Positions 42,347 to 55,700 of a stretch of 64,000 nucleotides of DNA are shown piece by piece (within the stretch, counting starts at the first letter, position 1; the number at the start of each line of letters is the position of its first letter). The notes beneath the pieces are model-generated. The model did no database searches. It was not told where the DNA came from and saw nothing but the letters and a program-made list of their open reading frames with translations. Made by a program: the position numbers and the translations under genes. Location of the stretch: assembly GCA_951406725.2 (NCBI GenBank), contig OX597815.1, forward strand, positions 54,932,001 to 54,996,000, given 5' to 3'. The stretch comes from Octopus vulgaris (Eukaryota).

Positions 42347-42904
42347 AAGCAAAAGATTACCATTCATATGAAAATAATTTAATAAAACATTAGAATATCG
42401 GCTGTTTAAAGAAAGCTAAAATATAAATACTTACTGTACAAACAACTTACATTTTTGAAAACACATTCACTTAAAAATATTTCTAAATGATTAAAATGTT
42501 GTGAATATCAAAAAGTAATTTTATTTTTTTCTTAGAGAGCACGAAGACTATGTGTGTGTATATGTCACAGATAGCAGACGTGTGTTTGTGTTGATTGACA
42601 CGCCATAATATTCATTATATGTGTATGTGTACTGAGATCACAGAAGCCATTTTTTTTTTGTCAAGAAATAACAAACAAAACTTGAGGTCCAAATATCACA
42701 AAAACTTTAGATAAAATATACTATTTCTGAGATATTTCAGGTACACACAAACATCTCTAGAGTTTTAATATTATTAAGATGATAGTTTAAGGAAGAAGTA
42801 ATGTTTATTAAATGCCATTTTTTAATTTGTAATTTATTATGAAGGGAACCAATTAACAAGAATCGTTTCTTTTTTTGTTTGTTTGTTTTGGGGGGACAAA
42901 TTAG

Positions 42905-42988
42905 ATACCACGTCGTTTGATGCTGTCACTGTCATTGTTAAAGAAAGAATATGAACTTAGCAAATTGCAACAAAAAATAAGCAGAGAG
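42905..42988 (+). CDS. LONP1: Lon protease exon (IPRRLMLSLSLLKKEYELSKLQQKISRE)
   Basis: ttag/...gtaag; phase 0 to 0; LSLLKKE.ELSKLQQ motif. Confidence 0.93.
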
Positions 42989-45975
42989 GTAAGTAGATGA
43001 TCTATTTCTCTTTCATAACCAGCATATTTCTGTTAGTATTGATTGTATCTGCAATTTGTTAATAAATTTATTGCTAGTGATTAACCAATATACTTGATAC
43101 ATGGTCCTTGTGATGGAACCTATTAACCAACCTAGCTGTTATCACCTGTAAATTTTTTATGCAATTTTAAATGAGAATAATGACATTTATTTTTTTTCAT
43201 CACAAATAAACACCTGAAAGAGTAAGGAATGTATGGTGCTGACTAGAAAGGATAAAGGTGGCATCATCTTTCTTGCGGCCGAAAGGAAATTGCTGCTCTT
43301 GGTCATGGCTGACGCAAAAGAGTGTATTGCTCCTTGGTCTGAAGAGAGGGTGTTGCTTCTTGGTCATAGCTGACACATAAGAGGAAGAGATAGGAAATAC
43401 TCTCTGTTATATAACAAAGGACTGACCTCTCCTTGACCAACACAGGTCCTAGGGCATCGACTGTTGCCTCATCAATCATCTAGTGTGGAGAGGATTTCCT
43501 GCCTGTTTTGACAAGTAAACAAGCAGGTAGATTTGGTTTCAAATCTTAGGCAGGGTCAAGCTAGATCCCTACACCCATGTTTATAATAAAACCTATTTCA
43601 TGGCAATGTACAAAGGACATTTAAGGTAATAGATTTTCCATTGGCAAAGGAATGGTAGGGTATAAAGGTCAAATATGTTTTTAGCAATATATGCCAGACA
43701 AACCCATGAAATGGCATATGAAAGTACAGAATATCTATGAGGTGTTCACTGGGTATTATTGTAGTTCTAAATTTTATACAAAAAAGGTAAATGGTAGTGC
43801 AAGTCAAGATACAATGTAACCTGAAAATTGTCACTTCCATATCATAACAAAGACATTGTGTTAGTTTTTAACCTGAATTGCAATTTGGTCAAACTTGTAC
43901 TTTGAAACTGTAGGCACACATACATATGCACAGTGATTGTAAAAAGAAAAGGGTTGCTATAAAAATTAGATAGAAAATGTAATCTGATGGCAGAAAGGGA
44001 AAACAGAATTTGCTAATGATTGTATATACAGATATGAAGCAAATTAACTTTCTGTCCCACTTGTGCTCAACTTCCATGTGGATGAAAATGGCACATCATT
44101 TGTGAAACTTGAATACAATAATTACATGGTAAAGAAATAAGTTGTGGCAGTTCTTGGTTTGGTGTATAGTAAACCTGAATATTGTGAATCCTTTCTTACT
44201 ATATAATATATTATATTATGTAGGGCTCAGAAGTGATCTGACTAGCTGCAGCTCTGAACAGATGCTGTAACAAAGTTTAGAGTTGGCTATTCATCCTAAC
44301 GGATAACTGTTGGGGAAAGGCAAAAATCAGTCAGAAGGATATTCTCCTGAATTCAGTCACTCTCCATAAAATGTGAAAAAATTGACAGTTGCAAGAGATT
44401 CTGCTAAAGAAAAGAAAGCTCATAATAGGTGGTCAATTGAAGCAAGTTTCGTTGTGCAGGATTGCATGATGTTGGATAGAATATTTTACAACTTTCCATA
44501 GAAGAAACATTAATTTGTCTAATCATCATTATTTTACGTCAATTTTATTCTGCACTGGACAAGGCTTATTGAGGCAGTACTCTATGGTCAGATGCCCTTC
44601 TTTTTGCCAAGCCTCACTTGTTTCTTAAGTAAGGTATTTTCATTCCACTAGTCTTCGCTCATTGAAACCACCAGGCTACAGGTAGTATTGTTCATAGGAA
44701 ACATAAACATAACATTGTCACCAAAATAGTGACAATATCATACAAAGCCGCTTAGGAATATTCATGCATATGTACATGTATACCCATATGTATATACATA
44801 TGCTTGTACATGTGTGTTTATAATAGGCTTCCCATACAGTTTGCATCTAGAAATTTCACTTGCAAGAAAATACTTGCCAAAGGTGTCCTGCAGTTAGCTG
44901 GAACCCAAAGTCACTCTGTTATGCCTGCACCTATATCTAATTTGATTTTATAAGATAGTTTTATTTTCAGATTTAACCTCATCTTCACTTTTTTAAATTT
45001 TATCTACATGAAATTCTAATTTACATATATTGTGAATGACAATTCTTAATGATATTGTTATTGTGTATGTATGAATATATTTCATTTTGTAGGTTGCCTC
45101 AGAGATAAATCTTATTATTTTAGGCCATATTACCTTTATGATGCCTTCAATTTCAGTTCAAAATCTAACAGTATGCACAATTCCTCTATTCTGTAATTCT
45201 ATTATATACTCTAGCTTAAGATTGACTAATAATTTGATTTATATGATAATATTTAAACAAAAATTTAATAATTCAACATTTCAATGATCCTTGAGAGAGT
45301 TATTTATAGACCTGTATACATTTATACATACTTACACATTCATATGTATACACTCATATGGTCTTAGAACAAATACAAAATATATGCAGACTCAGCTTTG
45401 AAAGAAAAATTCTGTGACAAATTTATGTCAGAACCTTTTGTTGTCCTAGATGTCTCGTTTACAGAAAAATGTTATATTTGCTTTACAAGACCAATTTAAA
45501 TTCTCAGTGTTAGAGTTTAATTGAAACAAACAGATGAATGTGGATGAAGTATAGGTGCAGAAGATTAAGGAGGAGTGAAAGTTGGTATCATCTGCCTAGA
45601 AGTGGGCATTGTAGGAGATGGCACCAAGTAAGTGGTTGATATATAAGAAGAAGGTTCTTAGGAATAGAATCAATGGTCTCCATCAATCACCAGATGATGT
45701 ATGTGCGTGTATGTCTGTGAGTTCTAACTCTGAACAGTTATTTAGCACAATACTAACAAACTTATACATTATACCACAAATATGTCATATAAATACACAT
45801 GAATTTTATTAATTTTATTTTCATTACAAATAGTCATATATACTGTCCCTGTAGTGTTCTAGAAAAAAAATAACATAAGATGAGGTTAACAGTCCCCAAA
45901 TAGTTTAATAAGTATTAATAATTATAACTCTCCAAAATATAAGTATAGTCATCTCTTCGTTTCTTGCTTTTATAG

Positions 45976-46107
45976 GTGGAGGAAAAAGTGAAAAAGCAAC
46001 ACCGAGAATACATGTTGAGAGAACAGCTGAAAATAATCAAGAAAGAACTTGGTCTTGAAAAAGATGACAAAGATGCAATAATTGAAAAATTCCGTAAAAG
46101 ATTAAAG
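45976..46107 (+). CDS. LONP1: Lon protease exon ([44 protein letters not shown])
   Basis: tatag/...gtttg; [20 protein letters not shown] motif. Confidence 0.96.
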
Positions 46108-46592
46108 GTTTGTTTGAGTGCAGATCTTTACATATGTAATTTTTCTCTTTAGCATTTCAATAGAAAGGTTTGGTTATTGATTTTGTAAGATGGGTTCTTT
46201 AAAATATAGAATTTAGCCCTCAATAAACCAAGTCTACAACCTAGATTTGATTTTCTGTTGTTTAACTAGCTTACATTGCAGTTGCTTGGGACCAAACTGA
46301 TGCACAAGTTGTTTGCTATTTCCATGTCCTCGTCCTCACATCAATTTATGGGCAACATCTTTCCTCCAATAGAAAAATCACATAGATTGAAGAGTCTGGA
46401 ATGAGTCAAAGGAGGTGAAGCAACATATTTGATATTTAATGCTTAAAAGCTGAAGTAGAGTGAAATATATGCTGAAAGAAATATTAGTTGACTACAGATA
46501 TTACTTTTCTTATTATTTAAGTAGCATGAACAGGAAACAACTTTTTCACCTCCCGTTGAAAAAGTCACCAGCATGGCATTTATAAATATATA

Positions 46593-47999
46593 TCAGGTTG
46601 AGTAAAAAGTAAGCAATGTTTTGAACCATGAAGAATTGGTACCTCTCTCCTACAAACTACCACTTTTTCAAGCACCTTGATGGTTTCCTGCAAGAGAAGG
46701 AGTTCAAAAATCAAAGCGATGCTGAAAGTGCATTCAAAGAGTTCATCAGCTCCAGAACTCCAGATTTTTATGTTACCGGAATAAACAAACTTGTAACTCA
46801 TTGGCAAAAATGTGTTGAATGTAATGGTACTTACTTTGATGAAAAAATGAATTTTTATTAAATATTTTTTGCAATTGTCTGATAATACAGACATAAACTT
46901 GCCTAAATGTATCAATAAATTAACATTGATATTCTTTTCACCGTTGCTTCAACCATCTGAAATGCAACTGTCAAAGCACAATATTCGAGCAATTTTGCTA
47001 TTCAACGTCAAAAAAGGACATAAAGCAGCTGAAACTGCTTGCGATATCAATGAAATGTTTGGTGAGGAAATAACCAATGAGTGGTCAGCTTGAAAAGGGT
47101 TTAAACGATTTCGCAGTGGAAACTTGTGCCTTGAAGATCATGAGTGTAGTGGCCGCCCATCTGCCATCAATGACAGTCAATTAAAGACCATCGTTGAAAA
47201 AGATCCATATAAAACCACTTGAGAACTGGCAAAAGAACTTCAAGTTAGCCAGAAAACCGCCTGCGACCATTTGCATGCATTTGGAAAATCAAAAAAGCTC
47301 GACAAATGAGTACCACATGATTTGAATGAAAATCAGAAATTGCTCATCGCTTTTTCTTCATAACCAGACCAATCCATTTCTTGACCATACTGTAACTTGC
47401 AATGAAAAGTGGATTCTGTACAATAATAAAAAACGTTCTTTGCATTGGTTGAACAAAAATAAAACACCAAAAACCTTCCCTACACCCAAGCGCTTCACAA
47501 AGAAGGTTATGGTGAGTGTTTGGCGGTGTACTACTATAACTTCTTAATACCCAGAAAAACCATTACAGAAACATATTGCCATGAAATTGTCAAAATGTAT
47601 GAAAAAAACTGCTACTCCACCATCCCAGACTGGTCAACAGAAGAGGGTCAATCATTCTTCATCACAATGCTCAACAGGTTTCACTAATAACGCTCCAGAA
47701 GTTGAGGTAACTTGGCTATAAAGTTATTCCCCAGACCTTTCTCCTACCGACTGCATCTTTTTCAAGCACCTTAATGGTTTCCTGCGAGAGAAGGAGTTCA
47801 AAAATCAAAGCAATGCTGAAAGTGCGTTCAAAGCGTTCATCTACTCCAGAACTCCAGCTTTTTATGTTACCAGAATAAACAAGCTTGTAACTCATTGGCA
47901 AAAATGTGTTGATTGTAATGGTACTTACTTTGTTGAATAAAACTTCTATATTGTTGAATTTCATGTTTCAAAACGTTGCTTACTTTTTACTCAGCCTCA
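46593..47999 (+). mobile_element. Mariner transposon (cecropia/Hsmar1-like), decayed transposase 46962-47940
   Basis: ~38-bp TIRs TCAGGTTGAGTAAAAAGTAAGCAA with TA flanks; KGHKAAETA, TCNEKWILYNN, PDLSPTD motifs. Confidence 0.92.
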
Positions 48000-48029
48000 T
48001 ATATTTTTCTCTCTCTCTCTATTCATTTA

Positions 48030-48250
48030 TTTAGAAGGGCATCCACCTATAAAAATCATGCCAAAACTGACCGTGCCTGTGCTGGTGGCATGTAAAAAGC
48101 ACTCAATCCACTCTGCAGGGTGGTTGGTGTTAAAAACCATGCCAAAACAAACACTTAAGCCTGGTGCAGTTTTCTGCCTAGCCTGCTCCAGTCCAACCCA
48201 TGCCAGCATGGAAAGGCAGATGTTAAATGATGATGATGGTGAAGATGACA
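48030..48250 (+). mobile_element. Degenerate RTE-tail SINE fragment
   Basis: GGTGGCATGTAAAAAGCAC..CCAACCCATGCCAGCATGGAAAG..(GAT)n. Confidence 0.7.
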
Positions 48251-48732
48251 TGTAACACATGTATATTTGTTAGCCTTGAGAGGGAGAATTATTTTAAAAT
48301 GAAGTACCATCCATGTGATAATCATTAAATATACTTGGTGAAACATTAAAACCCTGAGGTAAATATGTAATGAAAGAAATGTAATGATGATAGGTTTTTT
48401 TTTTTCAACATATGCACATGCTTCAAGTATGGGAAGCTGTTTGACTCTAGCAATTGCATTGCTATGTATATAAGCAGAACCCAGAATATTGGCATTACTG
48501 CTACTGACTTGTCATTCACAGGAGGTTCAAAGAATAGGGCAACTCTATGTGGAATATAGCAGACTGTTGAGTTTTAGATATTAAAATATATTAGTCATTG
48601 CTTCATAAAACTCTTACAAGAAAGATATAATAGCTGTAGTTCCTGATGTGTATAGTATCATACATAGACCAACCTCTCAATTTACTTTCAAACTGCTGTT
48701 ATGTTTTGTTTTATTATTTTATTTTATTTCAG

Positions 48733-48821
48733 GATCTTGTTGTTCCTAGTCATGTTATGGATGTAATAGATGAAGAATTTAGCAAACTGTCTTTTCTGGA
48801 CAATCATTCCTCAGAATTTAA
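48733..48821 (+). CDS. LONP1: Lon protease exon ([29 protein letters not shown])
   Basis: ttcag/...gtaag; phase 0 to 2; LDNHSSEFN motif. Confidence 0.96.
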
Positions 48822-49572
48822 GTAAGAATGACACCTATTTCTATTCATAATGTCTTAGTTTTGCTTGTATTTTAGCTTATTTTTAGATGTAGTTGCATAA
48901 AACCTGATCCTTCAGAGAGTGACTTATAGACTTGATTTTTAATGATTTTTGGAATTTTTGCCTCTTTTTTTTCCCCCCCGAAATAGGATCTTAGACTTAA
49001 CAGTTTTAAATATTACAAAAGGATTTCTTTTAATGCATTAAAAATAGGTTTTAATAAGTAATTTTAAAAAATCATTAAAGAAAATTTTGTTGAGTAAGTA
49101 AACCTAATGAAGGAATTTAATGGAGGAGCCAATTATATATGACCTGTATACATTTATACATACTTACACATTCATATGTATACACTCATATGGTCTTAGA
49201 ACCATACATACAAATACAAAATATATGCAGACTCTTTCACACAGCAGTAAGTCTAAAAGATGTATATAAGACAATATTTGTACCTTGTGGGAAAGAATAA
49301 GATAAACTTCTAAAAAAAAAGAAGCTCCAGTTCTATATTACTTTGTATAAAAACTGACTTTATATTTAAAGTTCTATTTTTATAAAATGTGTTTTCACTG
49401 ATGGCTTGCTTCAAAATGATAATTTTGAATTTATGTTTAGATTCTATTTGTTTACTTTAATTTATCTGTTTTGTTTACACTATTAAAAGAAAAGTTCTTG
49501 AGTTTTGGGTTTTTTAATATTACAGAAACTCAGTCAAACTTATATTAACATGGATTGATGTTTGAATTTCAG

Positions 49573-49711
49573 TGTAACACGTAACTATCTAGACTGGCTG
49601 ACCAGTATGCCTTGGGGATGCAGCAGCAAAGAAAACTTTGACCTTAAGTATGCGAGTGAAATCCTGGAGAAAGATCATTATGGTATGGATGACGTAAAGA
49701 ATAGAATTTTA
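49573..49711 (+). CDS. LONP1: Lon protease exon ([15 protein letters not shown]...[13 protein letters not shown])
   Basis: ttcag/...gtaag; phase 2 to 0; hallmark Lon motifs. Confidence 0.97.
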
Positions 49712-50623
49712 GTAAGTTCCTCTCTAAGTAAATTGTAATTGTAATACTGATAGTTTAGTTTCAACTGTGGCTTTTAAGTTCAAATTATAGTGAGTGCAAC
49801 TTTGCCTTTCATCTTTTTGGCATCTAGAAAATAAGGTTAATTTTCTGAATGCCAAATGAGATTAATTATCTGAATACCAATAAGATTAATTTTGTTCCAA
49901 ATACAATATATATATATATTTTTCTTTTTCCCTCTGTCTCTCAATTTTTTTCTTCTTTTTAGTATCTTGATGTTAAATGATGATGATTCAGCAAGTGTGT
50001 GCTGACAAATTATCTCTATATTATAAAGCAGCTTTCTCACATAAATCAAAATTAAACCTCATACATTTATAGTTAAATATTCAGTGGCCCTTAATTGTGA
50101 GTGTTTTCATACTCTTTCAAATGAAATCACAGTAGTTGAAAGGAGAAGATGTTGATAATATCTTCTCTGAATACATGTGTGCCTACATCCAATAACAGGT
50201 TCTGTATTCTACTCCTGAAAATACTTTGAACATGTCTGGCAACAGAACTGATAAAAAAAAAATGGAAGAGAATGGCTCACTGATGGTACATGGGAATAAC
50301 TGAAACATCACATTTTTGTTTGGGGATTACATTGTGTAGAGCAAATATTCTGAAACATGAATGAATTTTTATTAGCAAGTGTTAAATTACATTGTATCAA
50401 CCATTGAACTGATGACTATTCAAAATAGCAAAACATTGATAAAATGCTAGAAGAACAACTCTTCCTCACAGCTTGTTGAACAAGTAGTATTTTAGCCTCC
50501 CGTTTGTATATTGTCACAGGGTCTGTGTCATTTTACTTTAATTGCACCAATTAATTGGAGATATAGGTAGGATCAGTTCCTCCTATGACAAGGTTTCATG
50601 CGCATGTCAAGCTTAAGTCATCA

Positions 50624-50720
50624 TCTATCTATACATATATAAACGGCAGTCTGTTTGTCTGTGTCAAGTTGCCGTCTACACCTGTTAACGAATCTTCATG
50701 AAACTTTTTATACATGTTAA
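50624..50720 (+). mobile_element. Possible Helitron-type 5' end
   Basis: A^TCTATCTATACATATATAAA..GTCTGTTTGTCTG..ATGAAACTTT pattern; no convincing 3' end. Confidence 0.35.
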
Positions 50721-51349
50721 ACCAACATCCAGTTTGTTACTCGGCTCATTGCAGTTTAATAAAAATCTATAATTGGACAGCTAGAGCCGGCCCCTAGAAG
50801 GGACCAAGATATAATCCATCTCTTTTCCTTTAACCGTCAAGGGGAAATAACTCATTCATCTTTCCTTATTTTTCTCATTTGCATACAGGTCATTTCTCCC
50901 TCCATTTATTAGAGAAGTAATATCATTAGAGTGACCACTTGCCAGTGGTTACGTTGTATAAATACTTAGGCAGCAAAAATAAAAATAAACTTTAGGAGTG
51001 AATAAATTACATGAATAGATCGTTTCCAGAATTTTTTTAAAAAACTTTTTGGTTGAAAAATAATGTACAAAACAAACGTTCATACCAGCCTAAATATAGT
51101 GAAGTTAACTTTTATATATACTGAATGTTATAAAGCTTACTTTTTCTGTATAAATTTACTAAAACCAATAAATGGTTAACTACTTTTTGAAGTCTGACAT
51201 TCATACTGATAAACACGATCTTGGCTATATTTTACATTGCTTGGAGTTTCTACCTATCGCAATGGAGCACCATTGACATAGTGATATGGAAATTCCTGAC
51301 TGAAGAAATGTAATGATATGGATAATCTTGATTGTATGTTTTTATTTTT

Positions 51350-52366
51350 CTCTACTTATTACTAAGCACAGTTTTAAGTTTGTTGTACTGTTTATGCCTA
51401 TTTCGAACATTGGCTTCATTAACATTAAAATGCCTTCTGGCAGCTCTATTGCCACATTCAAATGCATATTCAACATATTTAATTTCTTCTTCGCAATAAA
51501 CAATTATAAGTTCTGCCCGTACTGGCAATAATGGTAATGACAAATTTTAAAGTTTGCTTGACATTTTATAAGTGTGAAAGGGATTAAAATTTCGATACTC
51601 CATATCAAAAGTTACCACAGGAATAGGTGGAAAATCAGAACTTGAGACAAGAAGAAGCTTTCGACTAATCAGAATTCTGTTTACATAATCAGTTTGAGCA
51701 GTCACCTTCCTCTGTCAGTTGAGTAAAGTGTCATGCAAGCTGATGTTTATTGGTAATTAAATTTAATTTGTAACACCTCTGCATATTTATCAGCTTTGTT
51801 TTTGTTGATAATTCTTATCAACAACTTTTCTGTGATCATCATTTGAGAAGATATACAGCAGTATACTAAAGATCAGACATAATCTCTTGTGGGCAAGAAA
51901 TGTAAAATAAAGTTTTTTAAAAACAACACAAACACTTTGTAATTTAGTAACTTTCAATGTGGTACCTGTTAATCAAATTATTTTTATTTAATGAAAATTT
52001 AATAAAATTTAATCATAAGTAAGACTACACTCTCGGAGTGGTTGGCGTTAGGAAGGGCATCCAGCTGTAGAAACACTGCCAGATCTGACTGGCCTGGTGC
52101 AGCCTTCGGGCTTGCCAGACCCCAGTTGAACCGTCCAACCCATGCTAGCATGGAAAGCGGACGTTAAACGATGATGATGATGATGAAGTAAGTGAAATTA
52201 TGCTAAATACAACTAAATTGAAAATCTTTTTTCCCTGGCCATATCAGCAATTCTGAAAATTTTGGGGTGCAAATTTTGCACAAGAAGCTTTTTTTAACAA
52301 ATTTTATCCTGAAAAATCACCTGCTTATATTAAACAGGTGCGCAAATTACATGGATTTTTATGGTA
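51350..52366 (-). mobile_element. Decayed pogo-like transposon 5' part (Brinker-type DNA-binding remnant)
   Basis: Minus-strand VEYAFECGNRAARRHFNVNEANVR; terminus TACCATAAAAATCCATGTAATTTGCGCACC. Confidence 0.5.
52024..52185 (+). mobile_element. Young RTE 3' end insertion with 7-bp TSD AAGTAAG
   Basis: Nearly identical to the reverse complement of 5053-5209; AAGTAAG at 52017 and 52186. Confidence 0.9.
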
Positions 52367-53178
52367 TTTGAACTGTTAGGGTTATTTTTGCACTTTACCC
52401 AGAACAACCTTTAAACAAGTAAATAGTATTTTCCATAACAATAGGTCCACTTATTTCGGTTAGTGACTTATTCACCAATATACCATGAATGACGATGCCT
52501 TTCATGTCACTTCAGCCAATTGACAGGCACTGCATAAAGAACTTTTCAGACTTACTTTAAATTGTTATTATCTCATATCCAATTTGCATGTTATTACGTA
52601 ACATGCTTCACAATTTTGGTATACATACCTTATTGGTATTTTCTTCTAATTTCTATATACTCTGGGAATGCATTAAAGCCCTTTTCAGGGCTACATTTTT
52701 TGAATTGTTACTATCAAGTAATTAAGTTGCATATTATGACATACCTGACTTCATGATTTTGGTATTCATAATGTATTGGGATTTTCTAAATATAAGGTCC
52801 TATGTAAGATGGTTCTTTGTAAATGCACAAAAATCGTTTTAAAGACTACATACTTTGTATTGTTGCTATTGGATTAGTAAAACAATTATGAGAATGGGAC
52901 CAGGGGATAAGCCCCGCCTTTCTGGGAATTACTGAAATATTAGCTAGTGTCTAATATCTGTGATAGACTGTTCTATTCAAACTGAGAGTTTTCAGTCACT
53001 TATAAGCTGATGTATCTGTATATTGTAACATGTAAGAAAGTGATGAAAAATAGAATGTATTGTTTTTACACCTTCAAACTGAAAGCACTACTGAATTTGT
53101 TATTATTTTACTAAAATTTGATCTTAATACATTATATATCTACAAAACAATTTTAGAAATTTTCATTTTTAAATTTAG

Positions 53179-53301
53179 GAATTTACTGCCATTAGTACAC
53201 TTAAAAAGTCAACTCAAGGTAAAATCCTTTGTTTCTATGGGCCACCTGGTGTTGGTAAAACCAGCATTGCAAAATCAATTGCCAAAGCATTGAATCGTGA
53301 G
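53179..53301 (+). CDS. LONP1: Lon protease AAA+ Walker A exon ([41 protein letters not shown])
   Basis: tttag/...gtaag; [19 protein letters not shown] is typical of mitochondrial Lon. Confidence 0.98.
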
Positions 53302-54694
53302 GTAAGTTTATATTTTCTATTGTTATAATACCAATCAATTTTTTTTTTTTACCATTTATAGGGTTTTGTTTCTAATTAAAGTTTTGGCAATAGTTCACTA
53401 TGCACAAGATTTCCAAGCATGAATTATTTAACTAGATCTTTAGGAAATGTTAATATCCTTCCATCTTCAATTAGGATTGCTCCCTAATTTCTGTGAGAGG
53501 CAGGGGGAATATTTTATTCCCTGCCTCTCACTTCCACGTGGAATAGGAGCTTTGAATTCTCGGCCCCAATTTTTCCAACCTTAGCCAATACGCACAAATT
53601 CACCAATCATGCATACACAAAAAATACACCCATGGCTCACACACACACCTGTACATATACGCACAAATATGCATGATCACACAGCACATACAATTAAACC
53701 ACATATATACACAGCACAGAAACTAAAACTGCCTATATATATATATATATATATATATATCAACAAACCACATGTGACAACAAAAAATTAGACCTCAGTA
53801 TCATTGGAAATAGAGGACTAAATTTCTTAAATGGCACATGTGTAGAACACTTATATTCAGGAGTTTCTATGTCGACAATTCAAAAAAATGTTGCGCTTCA
53901 TTAACTTAAGTTCTTTTACTAACTGTGTTTTCCCATGTATTAAGCATGCTCTAAGTATGCATTAAACTCACATTAGAATAAAGTACCACATTATTTGAAT
54001 TGTTGGCACAGAAACTCAGACTTGAATGTAAGTCTTCCATACCTGTGTCATTTAATATATGTGTGTGTGTATTAACGATGTGAATGCTGCATCCTTTGAA
54101 ATGATCGTAGAGATGGGCTTCAATGGACTGTTCTGGTTTCCTTACACTTTATTTTTTATATCTATATTCTTACATTTATATTATTTTAGTTCCATTGCCT
54201 TAAATATTTAGTCCCGTTTATTATGTATGTGTTCCATGTATTTTTCTTTGTTTGAATTCACTCGTATTACCCTTTTAGATTTTATCACCTTTTATTCGTG
54301 TATATGTGTATATTTTATACTATTGGGTTTTACCATTTGGTGCCCTATTATTTTAATATATATTTATATTCGATTTTTTGATAATTTGGGAATGATATAA
54401 AGTTGCTTTGACTGATATCTTTCAATTTATTTCTCCTTTCACCTCGGTATCACCTGAGCACTTCCAGCTGCTGTCCTATTTATATTTTTGCTCTTCAGTT
54501 TAACAAAATTGCCTTTCAGTTTAATGAACTTATAAAATTATCCTCTTATATATGTATTTATGTACATGTATGTAATTATATATATGTGTGTGTATATATA
54601 TGTATATATATATATACACACACGAATGTGTATATGTTATATGTACATATATATAGGGGGGGGGTATGGCACTTCTTTATACAGATGCAAACAG

Positions 54695-55700
54695 CTGTAT
54701 AAAGAAGTGTTGATCACTAAATGTGGATGAAATTTGTGGAAGAGGGAGACTCAGGAAGAAATGGTATGAAATAGTGAAGGCTGATCTCAGGTTGTTGAGT
54801 TTCACAAAGGAGATAGCAAAGGACCAAGATAATTGGTAATTTGTTGTGCACAATAAGACTCATGCATCATGGCGAAAGTGAGGTTCTAAAAGCATCCTGT
54901 TTATATCTATACACCCACTAGACCCTGCCCCTTCACTTAAACTGTCCTTATCAAACCCTCAGCTACAGTATTCATATGAGAGCAGAATCTGCATGTCATC
55001 CCACCTTTGTGCTACTCTCTCTCCTTGGAACCACTTCCTTTCTAAAATCTTCCCCTTGTTCTCAATATCATCCCTTTGCAATTCATTTCCCATAGATTAC
55101 CCTTTTCTGTGCCTCCTATTATCTCTTCCTCTCTTCAGAGCTACATCTTAGTACTATCATACCTTAACCTTGATATCCTCCCATATCTGCTATCATTCTC
55201 AACAACATCTCATATCTGCTACCACCATACCCTCCTACCACTGTAGCCACCTTTGTGTACCTCTGAACTCCATCTGTGTCACTGTACATCTATTTCCTTT
55301 TTTTCTGATCTATCTACAGGTTTATGATACTGCTGCCACTTATCACCTGCTCATTCCTTTCCCTCTACATCATCCTTGTTTGTCGTTCACTACATTCACT
55401 TCCATCCTTATTTCTGACCATATTCCCCCTATTCTCTCTTTCACCCACCTTGTACATTGACACTTCATCACTACTGTCTTTGTCTTCTTAACAGTTAGCC
55501 ATGTATCTCCTCTATAGTAAGACACTTGTATCTGTCCCCTATCAAACTTTAACCTCTCGACACCTAGCATTAAGGTACCTCCCTCTCTGCTACAACTTCA
55601 CTAGTACTGGTGACAAAAAAAAGCACACAGTACACTCTCTATAGCAGCTGACATTAAGAAGGACATCCAGCAATAGAAATATGCCAAAGCAGACATTCAA
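54695..55700 (+). mobile_element. Old RTE LINE 3' fragment
   Basis: Encodes ICGRGRLRKKWYEIVKADLR (compare TCGRGRPRQTWDEVVKHDLR); ends in a decayed RTE 3' UTR motif. Confidence 0.65.

Noticed and set aside
42580-42780. Possible minus-strand Helitron 5' end (TCTTAATAATATTAAAAC..TGTTTGTGTG)
   Set aside because: No 3' hairpin or CTRR end found; evidence too weak
53060-53293. 77-aa ORF from the ORF track
   Set aside because: Off-frame overlap with the real Walker A exon
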